DNA of 64,000 nt, from NCBI GenBank assembly GCA_963829575.1, contig CAWHJF010000021.1, positions 160,767 through 224,766 of the forward strand. Direction: 5' to 3'. The notes under the pieces were generated by a model. That model had not been told where the DNA came from. It worked only from the letters and a program-made list of their open reading frames with translations, and did no database searches. Origin of the DNA: an uncultured Sporolactobacillaceae bacterium (GTDB lineage Bacteria > Bacillota > Bacilli > Bacillales > Sporolactobacillaceae). Of the stretch, positions 8,597-18,654 are shown in pieces; position 1 is the first letter of the stretch, and each line of letters begins with the position of its first letter. Position numbers and translations under genes: made by a program.

Positions 8597-10015
8597 TTGG
8601 ACATTTATGTGGTTCAATCTGGAGATTCATTGTGGAAAATAGCGAATTCATATGGGATGTCGGTGCAGGAGCTTGTCACGGTCAACGGGGTGTCTGATCC
8701 TAATCAACTTGTTGTGGGGCAGGCGCTTGTAATTCCAAAAGATCGTTTCCTCACCTATACAGTGAAGTCCGGTGATACATTGTGGGGAATTGCGAAGAAG
8801 TTTGGAGTATCCGTTTCAACGATCGTATCGCTTAACCAAATCACAAATTCCAACCAAATTAACGTTGGTCAAGACTTACAGATTCCGACCGATTTCTACA
8901 CGGTTAAAGCAGGCGATTCACTCTACGCAATTTCAAGGAAATTAAGCATTCCAATTAAAGACCTCATTAGCCTGAATCAAATCTCAAATCCGTCGCAAAT
9001 TCATATTGGGCAGCGCCTAATCTTACCTGGTAAGACGAAACCACTCGTCGAAGTCAACGGTTATACGGCGCGGGTAGGCCAATCTGAGATTCAAGAGATT
9101 CAGAGTATTGGTAATTCGTTAACCTACTTGAGCCCTTTCAGCTATCACGTACAAGACGACGGGACATTATTGCCTCTCTCAGACAGCGATTTACTGACAG
9201 TCGCGCGCACCGAGCATGTCGCCCCACTTCTCGTCATCACAAATTTTAAAAACGGCCATTTTGATTCTGATTTAGCGCACACAATTCTGAATGACCAAAC
9301 GTTACAAGAACAACTTCTTAAGTCGGTCAAGCAAACATTACAAGCAAAAAAGCAGTTTGGCCTCAATATTGACTTTGAATACGTCTATCCAGAAGATCGA
9401 GAACCATATAATGCGTTTTTACGAAAAGTCGTTAGTGAACTCCATCCTCTTGGCTATTCCGTTTCAACGGCGATTGCTCCAAAAGCCAAAAAAGATCAAG
9501 TGGGTTTGTTATATGAGGCGCATGATTACGCGGCCCACGGTCAAATTGTCGATTTTGTTGTCATCATGACGTATGAATGGGGATATTCTGGCGGTGCGCC
9601 AATGGCGGTTTCCCCTTTAAAGAACGTCAAACAAGTGATCGACTATGCCCTCACAGAAATTCCTGCCCATAAAATCCTTATGGGCGTTCCATTATACGGG
9701 TACGATTGGAAACTTCCATATATAAAAGGTGGTCAACTCGCACAAACTTTGAGTCCACTACGTGCAGTTGAGCGAGCCGCTCAATACAAAGTCAACATTC
9801 AATACGACGAACCTTCTGAATCGCCTTATTATAACTATACCGATGCAAATGGGACTGAGCATGTCGTTTGGTTTGAAGATGCCCGCAGCGTGAACGCCAA
9901 ATATGATCTAGTCAAACAATATAATCTTAGAGGTGTGAGTTATTGGGTGCTTGGCAATCCATTCCCCCAGAATTGGTATGTCTTGAACGATCACTTTCGA
10001 ATTCAGAAATTCTAA
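8597..10015 (+). CDS. LysM x3 - GH18 protein, similar to SleL/YaaH-type spore cortex N-acetylglucosaminidases
   Basis: 472 aa with a TTG start 8 nt after AGGAGG. It has three N-terminal LysM repeats (VQSGDSLWKIA.., VKSGDTLWGIA.., VKAGDSLYAIS..) and a GH18 domain with GLNIDFEYV. There is no signal peptide, as in spore enzymes made in the mother cell. Confidence 0.8.
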   Translation: MDIYVVQSGDSLWKIANSYGMSVQELVTVNGVSDPNQLVVGQALVIPKDRFLTYTVKSGDTLWGIAKKFGVSVSTIVSLNQITNSNQINVGQDLQIPTDFYTVKAGDSLYAISRKLSIPIKDLISLNQISNPSQIHIGQRLILPGKTKPLVEVNGYTARVGQSEIQEIQSIGNSLTYLSPFSYHVQDDGTLLPLSDSDLLTVARTEHVAPLLVITNFKNGHFDSDLAHTILNDQTLQEQLLKSVKQTLQAKKQFGLNIDFEYVYPEDREPYNAFLRKVVSELHPLGYSVSTAIAPKAKKDQVGLLYEAHDYAAHGQIVDFVVIMTYEWGYSGGAPMAVSPLKNVKQVIDYALTEIPAHKILMGVPLYGYDWKLPYIKGGQLAQTLSPLRAVERAAQYKVNIQYDEPSESPYYNYTDANGTEHVVWFEDARSVNAKYDLVKQYNLRGVSYWVLGNPFPQNWYVLNDHFRIQKF

Positions 10016-10254
10016 TTCTAATAAGTTCACTTCATGCCCACGTGAAAATTTGGGATCGCACCTTACCCGATCTACAGAAAGTTCTAATTGATAAATACGT
10101 TATAAGCTAAGTCAACCTCCTATGACTTGGCTTTTATCTTTTATTAATTCCTTGCTTTATAAAAAATGATGGGGCTCGTCCACGAATTGGAAATCACCCA
10201 CATAGCGTATCTTATAAAATGTAACTGTGCGTCCAAAAGGGAACGCTTTATACG

Positions 10255-11235
10255 ATGCTCCAGGCGATTCCCTTTCTAGTACTAATAAGGACTGGAGGCT
10301 CTCAAACATTGATTTATGAAGTGAAACCTGGAGATGCATTATGGAAAATTGCCCATGAGTATGAGACCACGGTAGAAGATCTAAAATTATACAACGGTTT
10401 ACAATCCGATCTCATCTTAGTTGGTCAAAAATTAAAGGTCCCTTTTAGTTATACTGTTGTAGCTGGTGATAGCTTGTGGAAACTGTCCAATACTTATCAC
10501 ACAACCGTTCAATCCATAAAAGATGCAAATGGTCTCAAGTCCAATGTGCTTTACATTGGGCAAAAACTTAGAATTCCGCCTAAGAAATTAAGCATGCAAG
10601 GTGAATTTGTTCTCATGACGAGAGATGATTTTAAAGAGTGGATATTGAACCACAAATTCATGAGAAATGTGACGTTTTTTCAAGAACATCATACCTATGA
10701 CCCCTCTTACGACAACTTCAATGGGTCTAATTATTTTAGTTTACTAGAGGGTATGAAGCGTTATCATGTCCAGACAATGGGCTGGAACGACATTAGTCAG
10801 AACATTACTACATTCCCAGATGGTATGTTGGCTGTTTGCCGGACTTTTAACAATCCGCCGCAAGGTTCTTTTGGATTATTGAACAAATCGGTCACACCCG
10901 CTATCGAAGCCACGGCGTTAGCCATTGAAAATGTTGGGGATTTTGATTCTGGACATGACCAAATGACAGAAACACAGAAAGATACTATCGTCACCGTTGC
11001 GGCCCTCCTCTGTCTCAAATTTGGTCTTGAACCTTCTGTGAACAGTATTACGTACCATCATTGGTGGGATATCCATACAGGTGAGCTTGTGTTCGATAAT
11101 AGTGAAGGTCATGCGGTGAAAACATGCCCCGGCACCAATTTCTTTGGTGGAAATACCACGACCATTGCTAAGACTCATTTCTATCCACTTGTTAAAAGTA
11201 AAATGCAAGAGATTTCAGCTACCCTCTCATTTTAA
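10255..11235 (+). CDS. LysM x2 - N-acetylmuramoyl-L-alanine amidase (amidase_2/PGRP-type)
   Basis: 326 aa. Two LysM repeats are followed by an amidase_2-like core (FFQEHHTYDPS...ITYHHWWD...CPG). An alternative TTG start at 10309 has a better RBS (GGAGG). Confidence 0.75.
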   Translation: MLQAIPFLVLIRTGGSQTLIYEVKPGDALWKIAHEYETTVEDLKLYNGLQSDLILVGQKLKVPFSYTVVAGDSLWKLSNTYHTTVQSIKDANGLKSNVLYIGQKLRIPPKKLSMQGEFVLMTRDDFKEWILNHKFMRNVTFFQEHHTYDPSYDNFNGSNYFSLLEGMKRYHVQTMGWNDISQNITTFPDGMLAVCRTFNNPPQGSFGLLNKSVTPAIEATALAIENVGDFDSGHDQMTETQKDTIVTVAALLCLKFGLEPSVNSITYHHWWDIHTGELVFDNSEGHAVKTCPGTNFFGGNTTTIAKTHFYPLVKSKMQEISATLSF

Positions 11236-11363
11236 ACCATTCAGGAGCTATGTTTTGCTCCTCATTTTGTCTGAATAGCGAACTCAAGACGGCGTACCCG
11301 TCTTTTTGGTAGACTTACACTATGATCCTTTTTAAGTTTCCAAAAAATGAGGAGGTATTATTA

Positions 11364-11915
11364 ATGAAACACGCTCTTGTTGTGGGCGGTACCGGAATGT
11401 TATCAGATGTTTCACTTTGGTTATCGAACCATGACGTCCATGTTTCGGTCATCGGCAGAGACCCGATCAAAATGAGAACGCTACTTTCAAAGTCAAATCA
11501 CCCTTCGCACATCACGCCGCTTTATGTCGATTATCGAGACACCCAAGCGTTAATTCACAACGTTCAAAATCAAATCAAAATCCACGGACCCGTTGATTTA
11601 TTGGTTACATGGATCCATAAAGATGGGGCTCATACTCTTACCTTGCTTATCCAAGAAATCAACTCAAAAGCACGCGAATGGGATTTTTTCCACGTTTTAG
11701 GTAGCCAAACTAACTTAAGTCAAACAAAGACGGCTCTCAATCTTGGAGAACGCAGTCACTATCATCAGATAAAATTGGGGTTTGTTTTAATTGATAATCA
11801 ACAATCTAGATGGCTAACCCACGAGGAAATCTCTAATGGGGTTATTCATGCGATTAAGAATAAGGTGAAGCGTTTCACTGTGGGTGTCCTTGAACCATGG
11901 GAGTTGCGTCCTTGA
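11364..11915 (+). CDS. Short-chain dehydrogenase-like protein (Rossmann VVGGTGMLS motif)
   Basis: ATG 11364 is preceded by GAGGAGG. A glycine-rich N-terminal nucleotide-binding motif is present. No closer family could be recognised. Confidence 0.55.
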   Translation: MKHALVVGGTGMLSDVSLWLSNHDVHVSVIGRDPIKMRTLLSKSNHPSHITPLYVDYRDTQALIHNVQNQIKIHGPVDLLVTWIHKDGAHTLTLLIQEINSKAREWDFFHVLGSQTNLSQTKTALNLGERSHYHQIKLGFVLIDNQQSRWLTHEEISNGVIHAIKNKVKRFTVGVLEPWELRP

Positions 11916-12021
11916 TTTAAGGGTCATCTGAAGAATATTCAATCGACTGCAATTCACAATGCTAAATAACGGGAGCAGAGAATATACTGTATTAGAACAC
12001 ATCGCAAAGGAAGGTGTTGGG

Positions 12022-13030
12022 ATGGGAACACACATTGTGCAGCCAGGTGAAAGCTTAGGGACAATTGCCCAAACCTATAATACGACCGTACAGACTTTAG
12101 TTCACACCAATCATATCCGCCCCTCTAATTCCCTCTTACCGGGGACACTTCTGACGATTCCGGAGCAGTTCCTCAACGTACATAATGAAGACCTTCCATT
12201 AAATCTCTCAAGACCACGAACGGATCCCATTACACATGTCATGATTCATTTTAATTCGAATGCCGCTCACAACCCTCGTGATCCCTACCATCTACAGGAC
12301 ATTCAAAACCGCTCGATCACTAATGGAGTCTCTACCCATTACAGGATTGGACGAAATGGTGACGTCTTTCAATTAGTTGATGAAACGCGCGTGGCCAATC
12401 AAACAAGTAAAGGCTCCCTGCCTGGTTTCCCTGAGTACACGAACCGAATAAACGACGTTTCAATCGGGATCGAGTTAATGGCGATTGGAACTCGTGATGA
12501 AATGCTCAAGTTTATGTCTGGGCAAACCTATGATGCCATTCCCCCTGACAAGGTCGGTTACACAAATGCTCAATACCGGTCTTTAAACCAACTATTGAAT
12601 ACCCTCTTTCAACGACATCCAACGATTGTAAGGGATCGGCGTCATGTTGTCGGATACGATGGAATATGCCCCAACCAGAAGAACGGATCCGGGTAAGCTC
12701 TTTGATTGGTCTCAATTGAAAGCCATCGGTCAATCGGTCCATACCGTTCAAAATGGAGAGACGCTATGGGAGATTGCCCAAAAGTACGGTACGACCATGG
12801 ATGAGTTAGCCAATTGGAACCAACTCAATTCAAACAGTTATCTATATATTGGGCAAAGACTCTTAATTCCAATAGTTCATACTAAAGGCACGCTCTATGT
12901 TGTGCAAGCAGGAGATTCCCTGTGGGGCATTGCCCATACCTTTGATGTCAGTGTCGAAGCCTTAGCCGAAGCGAACCATCTAAGCCCTGGTGCCCTTTTG
13001 CAAATTGGGCATAAATTGATTATCCCTTGA
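12022..13030 (+). pseudogene. LysM - amidase_2 - LysM x2 cell-wall amidase, split by a +1 frameshift near 12662
   Basis: ORF 11959..12696 ends ..RRHVVGYDGICPNQKNGSG*. ORF 12644..13030 in the next frame continues EYAPTRRTDPGKLFDW, which is the conserved amidase_2 motif. One extra G in the GG at 12662-12663 explains the break. Confidence 0.8.
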
Positions 13031-13036
13031 AGCAAG

Positions 13037-13083
13037 GGGACGGATCCACTGCTTCCTCAAAAAGGAAGCAGTGGATCCGTCCC
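13037..13083. terminator. Perfect 21-bp inverted repeat (hairpin) after the amidase gene
   Basis: GGGACGGATCCACTGCTTCCT - CAAAA - AGGAAGCAGTGGATCCGTCCC. No clean T-run follows. A second hairpin, ACGTGACGG..CCGTCACGT, lies at 13093-13120. Confidence 0.5.
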
Positions 13084-13364
13084 TGTGCTTATTTAATCAA
13101 CAAACGTGACGGTCTAGGCCGTCACGTTCTAAAAATAATTATCTTTGGCTGTTGATTTTATCTTTCTTTTTTGTACCTTCTTCTCGGTTCATGCCGTTTG
13201 GCGTCTCGACATTATCACTCGAATATCGATCTGCGTATGCGAGTGCTTCGATATCGTCTTCACTGTACGTTTGGACTTGACGATCCATTGGCGTGACCCC
13301 CTAGAGTTTTTATAAGATGGTACATCCCTAAGTTGGCTTTAACGCGGGCCATTTATTCATACAG

Positions 13365-13742
13365 TCAGGATTTCTCTTTATAAAAAGCAAGGTCTATAAA
13401 GGCAACGCCAATTGCAATTCCTAATGCAGTACCAAAAAAACTATACCATGGTTCATGGCTTTTAACAGTGAGGTTCAAAATGAGCCCTAAAACACTTAAC
13501 ACTAGAAAAGTTCGAATGAATCTCACCAATCGAGAGCGGAACTCTTTTTTATCCATCTTAAATAGACGTAGCATCACTATTATGATTAAGTAAAGGCCAT
13601 AAGCAAGAAGAAAGATCACATAACCGCCAACAAAAGGATAGGCGAATGGTGGATCAATATTTCGATATGTTATATAAAGCGTAATTGCCGTACTAACCAA
13701 AACAATACTAAGTAATATGTTATTGAATTTTTTCATGTTCAA
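13365..13742 (-). CDS. Small integral membrane protein (4 predicted TM segments), unknown function
   Basis: 125-aa hydrophobic ORF. No recognisable family motif. Confidence 0.55.
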   Translation of the reverse strand: MNMKKFNNILLSIVLVSTAITLYITYRNIDPPFAYPFVGGYVIFLLAYGLYLIIIVMLRLFKMDKKEFRSRLVRFIRTFLVLSVLGLILNLTVKSHEPWYSFFGTALGIAIGVAFIDLAFYKEKS

Positions 13743-13883
13743 CCCTCAATTCCCATTCGTCTTACTCCCATTTCCTAGAATGAGCAAGTTCTTCCTGTTT
13801 CATGTAAGCGTTTGAGGGTGATTAGATTTGTATAGTTGTGTCTCCGATCATTTTAAAATCCATAAGCGGCACTTTCATTTAAC

Positions 13884-15008
13884 TTATCGTGACGGTTTCT
13901 TACCCCAAAATTGGTATAAATCGGTTCGGATCCGACCATTGTACAGCTTGCGTTTCTTGGTTGCTTTTTTGCCATAATGATTCTCAAATTGTTCATCCGC
14001 TGTGAGTACATAAATGGACCATGTCTCATAAGGCTTAAGCGCCTTTCCCATTTCCTTATAAAGTCGGTACACGTCCTCTTCCTCACCAATCCTTTGGCCA
14101 TACGGAGGATTCGAGATTAAGACGCCGTTTTCCTTTTTCGTTGTAAAATCGGTCACTTGCATTTGTTTAAATGTGATCAACTCACCAAACCCAGCTTCCT
14201 GAGCATTATTCATGGAGAGGTCGACCATGCGATGGTCAATATCGGAACCTTGAATATCAAGCGGTTGGTCGTAGTTGGCTCGGTCTTCGACTTCCATTCG
14301 AGCCTCTTCCCAGAATTCTTTTCCAATCCATCCCCATTGTTCAGAAATAAAGTCACGATTAAACCCTGGGGCAATGTTCTGACCGATCATCGCCGCCTCA
14401 ATTGGAATCGTTCCAGATCCACAAAACGGGTCAGCAAACGGTCGGTCCGGTGTCCATTTGGTTAAATAGATCATGGCCGCCGCGAGCGTTTCTTTAAGCG
14501 GTGCTTCCCCATGTAGATAACGATACCCTCTTTTATGTAATCCAGCTCCAGATGTATCAATGGTCAGGGTCGCTACATCTTTTAAAAGCGCAACTTCAAT
14601 TTTGTAGAGCGCGCCATCCTCATCGAACCAATCCTGGTGATAGGTTTCCTTCATTTTTTCAACAATGGCTTTTTTAACAATGGCCTGACAATCCGGCACA
14701 CTATACAAGCCTGATTTGATTGACTTTCCGTTTACTGGAAACTCCGCATCCTTTGGCAGCCAATCTGTCCATGGCAATGCCTTTGTTTTTTCAAAAAGCT
14801 CATCAAAACTGGTTGCTTTAAATTCCCCAATTTTCAATTTAATTCGATCTGCAGTTCGGAGCCAAAGGTTGGCCCGACAAAGATCTAGTGGCGTGGCTTC
14901 AAAGGTGACTCGGCCATTTTCAACTTTCAAATTGGTATACCCTAATGCCTTCAGTTCATCTGCACAAATGGCTTCAAGTCCCATCGCTGTCGTCGCGATT
15001 AATTCCAT
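13884..15008 (-). CDS. ypsC: THUMP-domain class I SAM-dependent RNA methyltransferase (YpsC/RlmL-like)
   Basis: 374 aa. It has the N-terminal THUMP region, the methyltransferase motifs DPFCGSGTIPIEAA and NPPYG, and sits next to rnpB and gpsB as in B. subtilis. Confidence 0.85.
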   Translation of the reverse strand: MELIATTAMGLEAICADELKALGYTNLKVENGRVTFEATPLDLCRANLWLRTADRIKLKIGEFKATSFDELFEKTKALPWTDWLPKDAEFPVNGKSIKSGLYSVPDCQAIVKKAIVEKMKETYHQDWFDEDGALYKIEVALLKDVATLTIDTSGAGLHKRGYRYLHGEAPLKETLAAAMIYLTKWTPDRPFADPFCGSGTIPIEAAMIGQNIAPGFNRDFISEQWGWIGKEFWEEARMEVEDRANYDQPLDIQGSDIDHRMVDLSMNNAQEAGFGELITFKQMQVTDFTTKKENGVLISNPPYGQRIGEEEDVYRLYKEMGKALKPYETWSIYVLTADEQFENHYGKKATKKRKLYNGRIRTDLYQFWGKKPSR

Positions 15009-15420
15009 ACAAAATTCTCCTCTTCATAAAACGATTTGCTTTAACAGTTGTCAACGTTTGATCCAACTTCATATATGTAAATAAGATCGATTCAAAGCAG
15101 TCCCTTAGTATTATAGACATGCAAGCTGTGAAAAATAAAGAGAAACACAAAATATATGTCACGTCGCAAAAAATAGGGTCACAGTGGTGCGTTATTTGCT
15201 TCTGTAAGGTGGTGCCACAAACTTTATGGCCACGACGATACGCTAACCCCATGATTCCACCTTAGAACGGGTAGGTTGAGGCGCAATAGCGGATCCTCAT
15301 GAACACAAACTTGGTCCGATCGGTGTTTTTGCCCTTTTAACGAATCTTCGAGGACACGTTTTAAAATTAGGTACACTGTGATGCGTTATGGCCTATGGTC
15401 CGCCCATCCTACCCCGTCTC

Positions 15421-15454
15421 AAAAACAGCAAAAACCCCCAACAACGGTCGGGGG
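15421..15454 (-). terminator. Intrinsic terminator of rnpB
   Basis: The minus strand reads CCCCCGA-CCGTTG-TTGGGGG followed by TTTTTGCTGTTTTT. Confidence 0.7.
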
Positions 15455-15481
15455 CTTAAACATCCTCTTAAAATAAGAGCA

Positions 15482-15884
15482 GTGTTATTTGTGTTCTGTA
15501 AGCCATGTTCTGTACCTAGTACTGCAAACGGGCTGCCCCTCGTACGTTGGTGGCGATCATCTATCTACAGACACATCTGTCTCCCCTTCGTTGAATTCCC
15601 TCCAGGAAGTTCCTCTACCAAATTTGAGTTTCTCGCTCGTGGGGTTTACCTCGTTCCACTTCTCCTGTTTCCAGAAGAACTCCGTCACTGTGGCACTTTC
15701 AAGGGTATTAGACCATATCCCATAAGGACTTAGGTGATTCCCCTGCCGTTACCTGAATCGTCAGGCTACCCTAGCTTATTTTTTCGCTAGGCACGAACAC
15801 TACGATCATCTCAGATCGTGCGAGCATGGACTTTCCTCTATGCCTTCAAAGAGACACAGCGATCACCCAAACACAAATAACACG
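15482..15884 (-). ncRNA. rnpB: RNase P RNA, bacterial type B
   Basis: The reverse complement reads GTGTTATTTGTG...GAGGAAAGTCCATGCTCGCAC...GTGCCTAGCGAA...GAAAGTGCCACAGTGACG...GTAAACCCC...GGCTTACAGAACACAAATAACAC. This contains the universally conserved RNase P blocks and a P1 stem formed by the two ends. It lies between ypsC and gpsB as in B. subtilis. Confidence 0.93.
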
Positions 15885-15956
15885 CGACATTTATTAATTA
15901 TAAAATAAAAACTAGTACAAAACAAGTACTAGTTTTTGGTAAATCAACTATTAAAC

Positions 15957-16262
15957 TCAATCATTTAAGCGACTGCCAAATACATGTTTTTCTAAATTCG
16001 AAAGACGTTTTAAGATGTCGTAATTGGTTTGCCCTTGTGTTACGGAAGCACGTCTTGGCTCAGTTGGTTGTTGATTTAATTCTTGTTTCAAACGCTGATT
16101 TTCCTGTTGTAAACGGCTAATTTCAGCTTGCATGGTTTCATAATCTTTAATAATGACGTCCAAAAACTTATCCACTTCTTCAGGAGAATAGCCGCGTAAT
16201 CCTGATTTGAACTCTTTTTCTAAAATATCCTTCGTTGTCAGTTGTGCCAATTCTTTATTCAT
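15957..16262 (-). CDS. gpsB: Cell-cycle/division protein GpsB (DivIVA-domain)
   Basis: The sequence [32 protein letters not shown]...[18 protein letters not shown] closely matches the B. subtilis GpsB sequence as I recall it. ATG 16262 lies 6 nt after GAGGTG. Confidence 0.9.
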   Translation of the reverse strand: MNKELAQLTTKDILEKEFKSGLRGYSPEEVDKFLDVIIKDYETMQAEISRLQQENQRLKQELNQQPTEPRRASVTQGQTNYDILKRLSNLEKHVFGSRLND

Positions 16263-16334
16263 TCTCATCACCTCAAGCAATTGGTACTGAACCTATGCTT
16301 TATTCTTCCAAACAACGCTCCAAAAGTCAATCCA

Positions 16335-16898
16335 TTAATTCCAATATTCCGGGTTAGAATTTCGAATTTCTTCCTCTGCCGCTTCAAGATCATACCGATT
16401 CATGTAAAAAATCGGGTACCCATCTTGGGCATGGCGGGTTCTTGCAGGTTTTAAATAAAAATCAGGTGTCCCTTGTTTTTCTTCATCGTACAAAACAAAT
16501 AGGCCATCTGTCTTTGTCACTATAAACTCATTTTTTAACCGAAGCTGGCTTGGGTTTTCATAGGGGCGTTTCGTGATGCTGTCGACAAAATCGGCTTGCG
16601 CAAGAATATCCTGATAGATCGCTTGAACCCCTTCAGGCCAACGTGTCTCTTGATCGAGAAAGGGCGTTAAAATCCCGAGTTGAATGTCCGAATACTCTTC
16701 ACGAAGCTCCAAAATCACCTGGGCCGCCCAAAGTTCCACACCGGGTTGCCCGCTGATAATAAACCAGGTTGTTCCTTCTTCTATAAAGGTCATCAATTTC
16801 TTACGCAGAGCATATTTGATGACCTCAACACCCGGATGTTTGTCTGAGAAGAGGCCAAGTTCATGTGGCTTATATCCCGTAATGGCTAATGCATTCAT
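16335..16898 (-). CDS. ypsA: YpsA (DUF1273, SLOG-family) protein
   Basis: The protein contains LAITGYKPHELG...ISGQPGVELWAAQ...DGYPIFY, as in B. subtilis YpsA. The ATG at 16898 is preferred over the GTG at 16925. Confidence 0.85.
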   Translation of the reverse strand: MNALAITGYKPHELGLFSDKHPGVEVIKYALRKKLMTFIEEGTTWFIISGQPGVELWAAQVILELREEYSDIQLGILTPFLDQETRWPEGVQAIYQDILAQADFVDSITKRPYENPSQLRLKNEFIVTKTDGLFVLYDEEKQGTPDFYLKPARTRHAQDGYPIFYMNRYDLEAAEEEIRNSNPEYWN

Positions 16899-17069
16899 CC
16901 CTCTCAACCTCTCTAAAAAGTTCACTCAAAGCGTAGTAAAAGAACTTATAGGTCTGTTTTTATGTAAATCTCGAGCAAAAAAATAGCGCGCCATCTTTTT
17001 TACTTTAGTTGATCAACAATGAAGACGCGCTATGATTCGTTTAATCAACGGTTCCTCTAAAAAGTTCTA

Positions 17070-17147
17070 TTAAATGGTTTGCATGACAACAAAGACAGCA
17101 CTGATCATAATAATAATAAAAAATAACACTAATAACCACTTGCTCAT
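17070..17147 (-). CDS. Candidate 25-aa hydrophobic peptide (MSKWLLVLFFIIIMISAVFVVMQTI)
   Basis: Found by my own reading. ATG at 17147, with AGGAG about 13 nt upstream (a long spacing). A long hairpin plus T-run lies downstream at about 16981-17035. It is too short for the ORF track. Confidence 0.3.
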   Translation of the reverse strand: MSKWLLVLFFIIIMISAVFVVMQTI

Positions 17148-17331
17148 GATGTCGTTTAAACACTCCTAAATCAAAATCAAGCTTATTTCCATTGTACAAG
17201 AGAACACCGTTCGACAAAAGTGGACTTTTTCACCATTTTGAGCACTGCCAAATCGACGAAAAAGATCGAATTATCGAATAATTAGTCTTTTTTTGCGCTT
17301 GCCCAGGAAATAAAATAGTCAAATTCCCCCG

Positions 17332-18654
17332 TTATGGCGCGGAAATTTTGGTTTCCAAACGCGTGCGTCGATGAATGATTTCATCATGCAATTCATGCCC
17401 ATCTAGACTCGTTTTTTCAAAAAGGGAATAGGCTTTTTGTGTATAAAAGAGTGCTTTTTCATAATCGGATTCGCGATGTTCGTAATGCTTGGCTACTTCA
17501 ATACAAGCTGACAAATGATCCTCTGATAATTTGAGAAAATAGGACGTTGCTTTGGTGTAATCATGAAGCTTTTTATAAGAAATGGCTACTTGCTCCATTA
17601 TCTTGTTCGAGATCGAACCCTTCGTAGCCCCTTTCTTCTCTAAAAGTGGTTCAAGGCTTAGAATGGCTTCCTTATGAAATCCAAGACTCACTAACCACCG
17701 ACCACACTCATAACGTTCTTCTAATGTGGCTTGGGCCAATTCACCGTGTAACAGACGGGTTAAATGAATATACAATGTCACCAGACTTTTAATATCTTCT
17801 GCATTATGTTCAAAGACGCCATTAACAAGCGAGGCTTTCGGCGCTTTTAAAAATTGAAAATATAAAAATGGTGCCATATGGCCAGGCACATCCATCTCTC
17901 GCGTCAAGCCTAAAAGGTGTTCTTCAACCAAGGACAACCGTACCGATTCAAGTCTATGTTTCCATAAACGCCGCGAAGCGTGAAGCAAATCAAAATGTCC
18001 ATATTCCGGCAACTTAGGAACGCGATCGCGTACAAATTGAACCCTCGTTTTAACGCGTGGCCAGTCAAACGCTTTGCCATTAAACGTCACCAGATTCGAT
18101 AAATCCCGATTATCTGACAAAAAATAATAATAAAATGCCGCCTCATGCCCCGGACCAGGTAGAAAATATTGGGTGACTTCAAATTGCTTCCCAACCACTT
18201 TCCCTGTTCCCAACAAGAAAATCATATGCCCTGCCCCAGCGCCTAGTCCGGTTGTTTCGGTATCAAAGAACAACAAGTCTTCAGGTTCAAGCGAACGGGC
18301 GGAAAGGGGATGGTCTTGGAAGTTCGTCTCCCAAAGGGCCGCTGCCTCGTAAAGATCCGCAAAGCGATAGTGGCCGTGTCGCTCCTCCAGAGGGTAGACG
18401 ATCTTCTTTTGGAGCAGCGCCTGATCATCCAACGAGCGGATTTCGGCCCCTAAATCGGTTGCCGCAACTTGAAGTGCCTGGTTAAGGACTGATTCCGACT
18501 CATTTGTTGCCATCTTTTTACATGTTCCAGAAACCGCCCCACTCTCGTCGGACGCCTTCTGTTCCTTTAATTCTAATGAAGCCTTTCGACCACTCATGTC
18601 CTTTTCGTGCGTGAGATGCTTTTTATAGCGCTCAAGCTGCTTTTTAAGAGACAT
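17332..18654 (-). CDS. mrfB: RNase H-like 3'-5' exonuclease with TPR-like C-terminal region (YprB/MrfB)
   Basis: The exonuclease motif LLFFDTETTGL is present, and the gene lies immediately downstream of and overlapping the DUF1998 helicase, as for B. subtilis yprA-yprB. The ATG at 18654 has an AAAGGA RBS. Confidence 0.8.
   Translation of the reverse strand: MSLKKQLERYKKHLTHEKDMSGRKASLELKEQKASDESGAVSGTCKKMATNESESVLNQALQVAATDLGAEIRSLDDQALLQKKIVYPLEERHGHYRFADLYEAAALWETNFQDHPLSARSLEPEDLLFFDTETTGLGAGAGHMIFLLGTGKVVGKQFEVTQYFLPGPGHEAAFYYYFLSDNRDLSNLVTFNGKAFDWPRVKTRVQFVRDRVPKLPEYGHFDLLHASRRLWKHRLESVRLSLVEEHLLGLTREMDVPGHMAPFLYFQFLKAPKASLVNGVFEHNAEDIKSLVTLYIHLTRLLHGELAQATLEERYECGRWLVSLGFHKEAILSLEPLLEKKGATKGSISNKIMEQVAISYKKLHDYTKATSYFLKLSEDHLSACIEVAKHYEHRESDYEKALFYTQKAYSLFEKTSLDGHELHDEIIHRRTRLETKISAP

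Noticed and set aside
13139-13289. Apparent small acidic ORF (..DDIEALAYADRYSSDNVETPNGMNREEG..) on the minus strand
   Set aside because: On careful re-reading, the ATG at 13289 is in a different frame and terminates after 24 codons. The longer frame has only a weak GTG start with no RBS.
15395-15733. Plus-strand ORFs of 112 and 78 aa
   Set aside because: They lie entirely inside the rnpB RNA gene on the opposite strand, so they are spurious.
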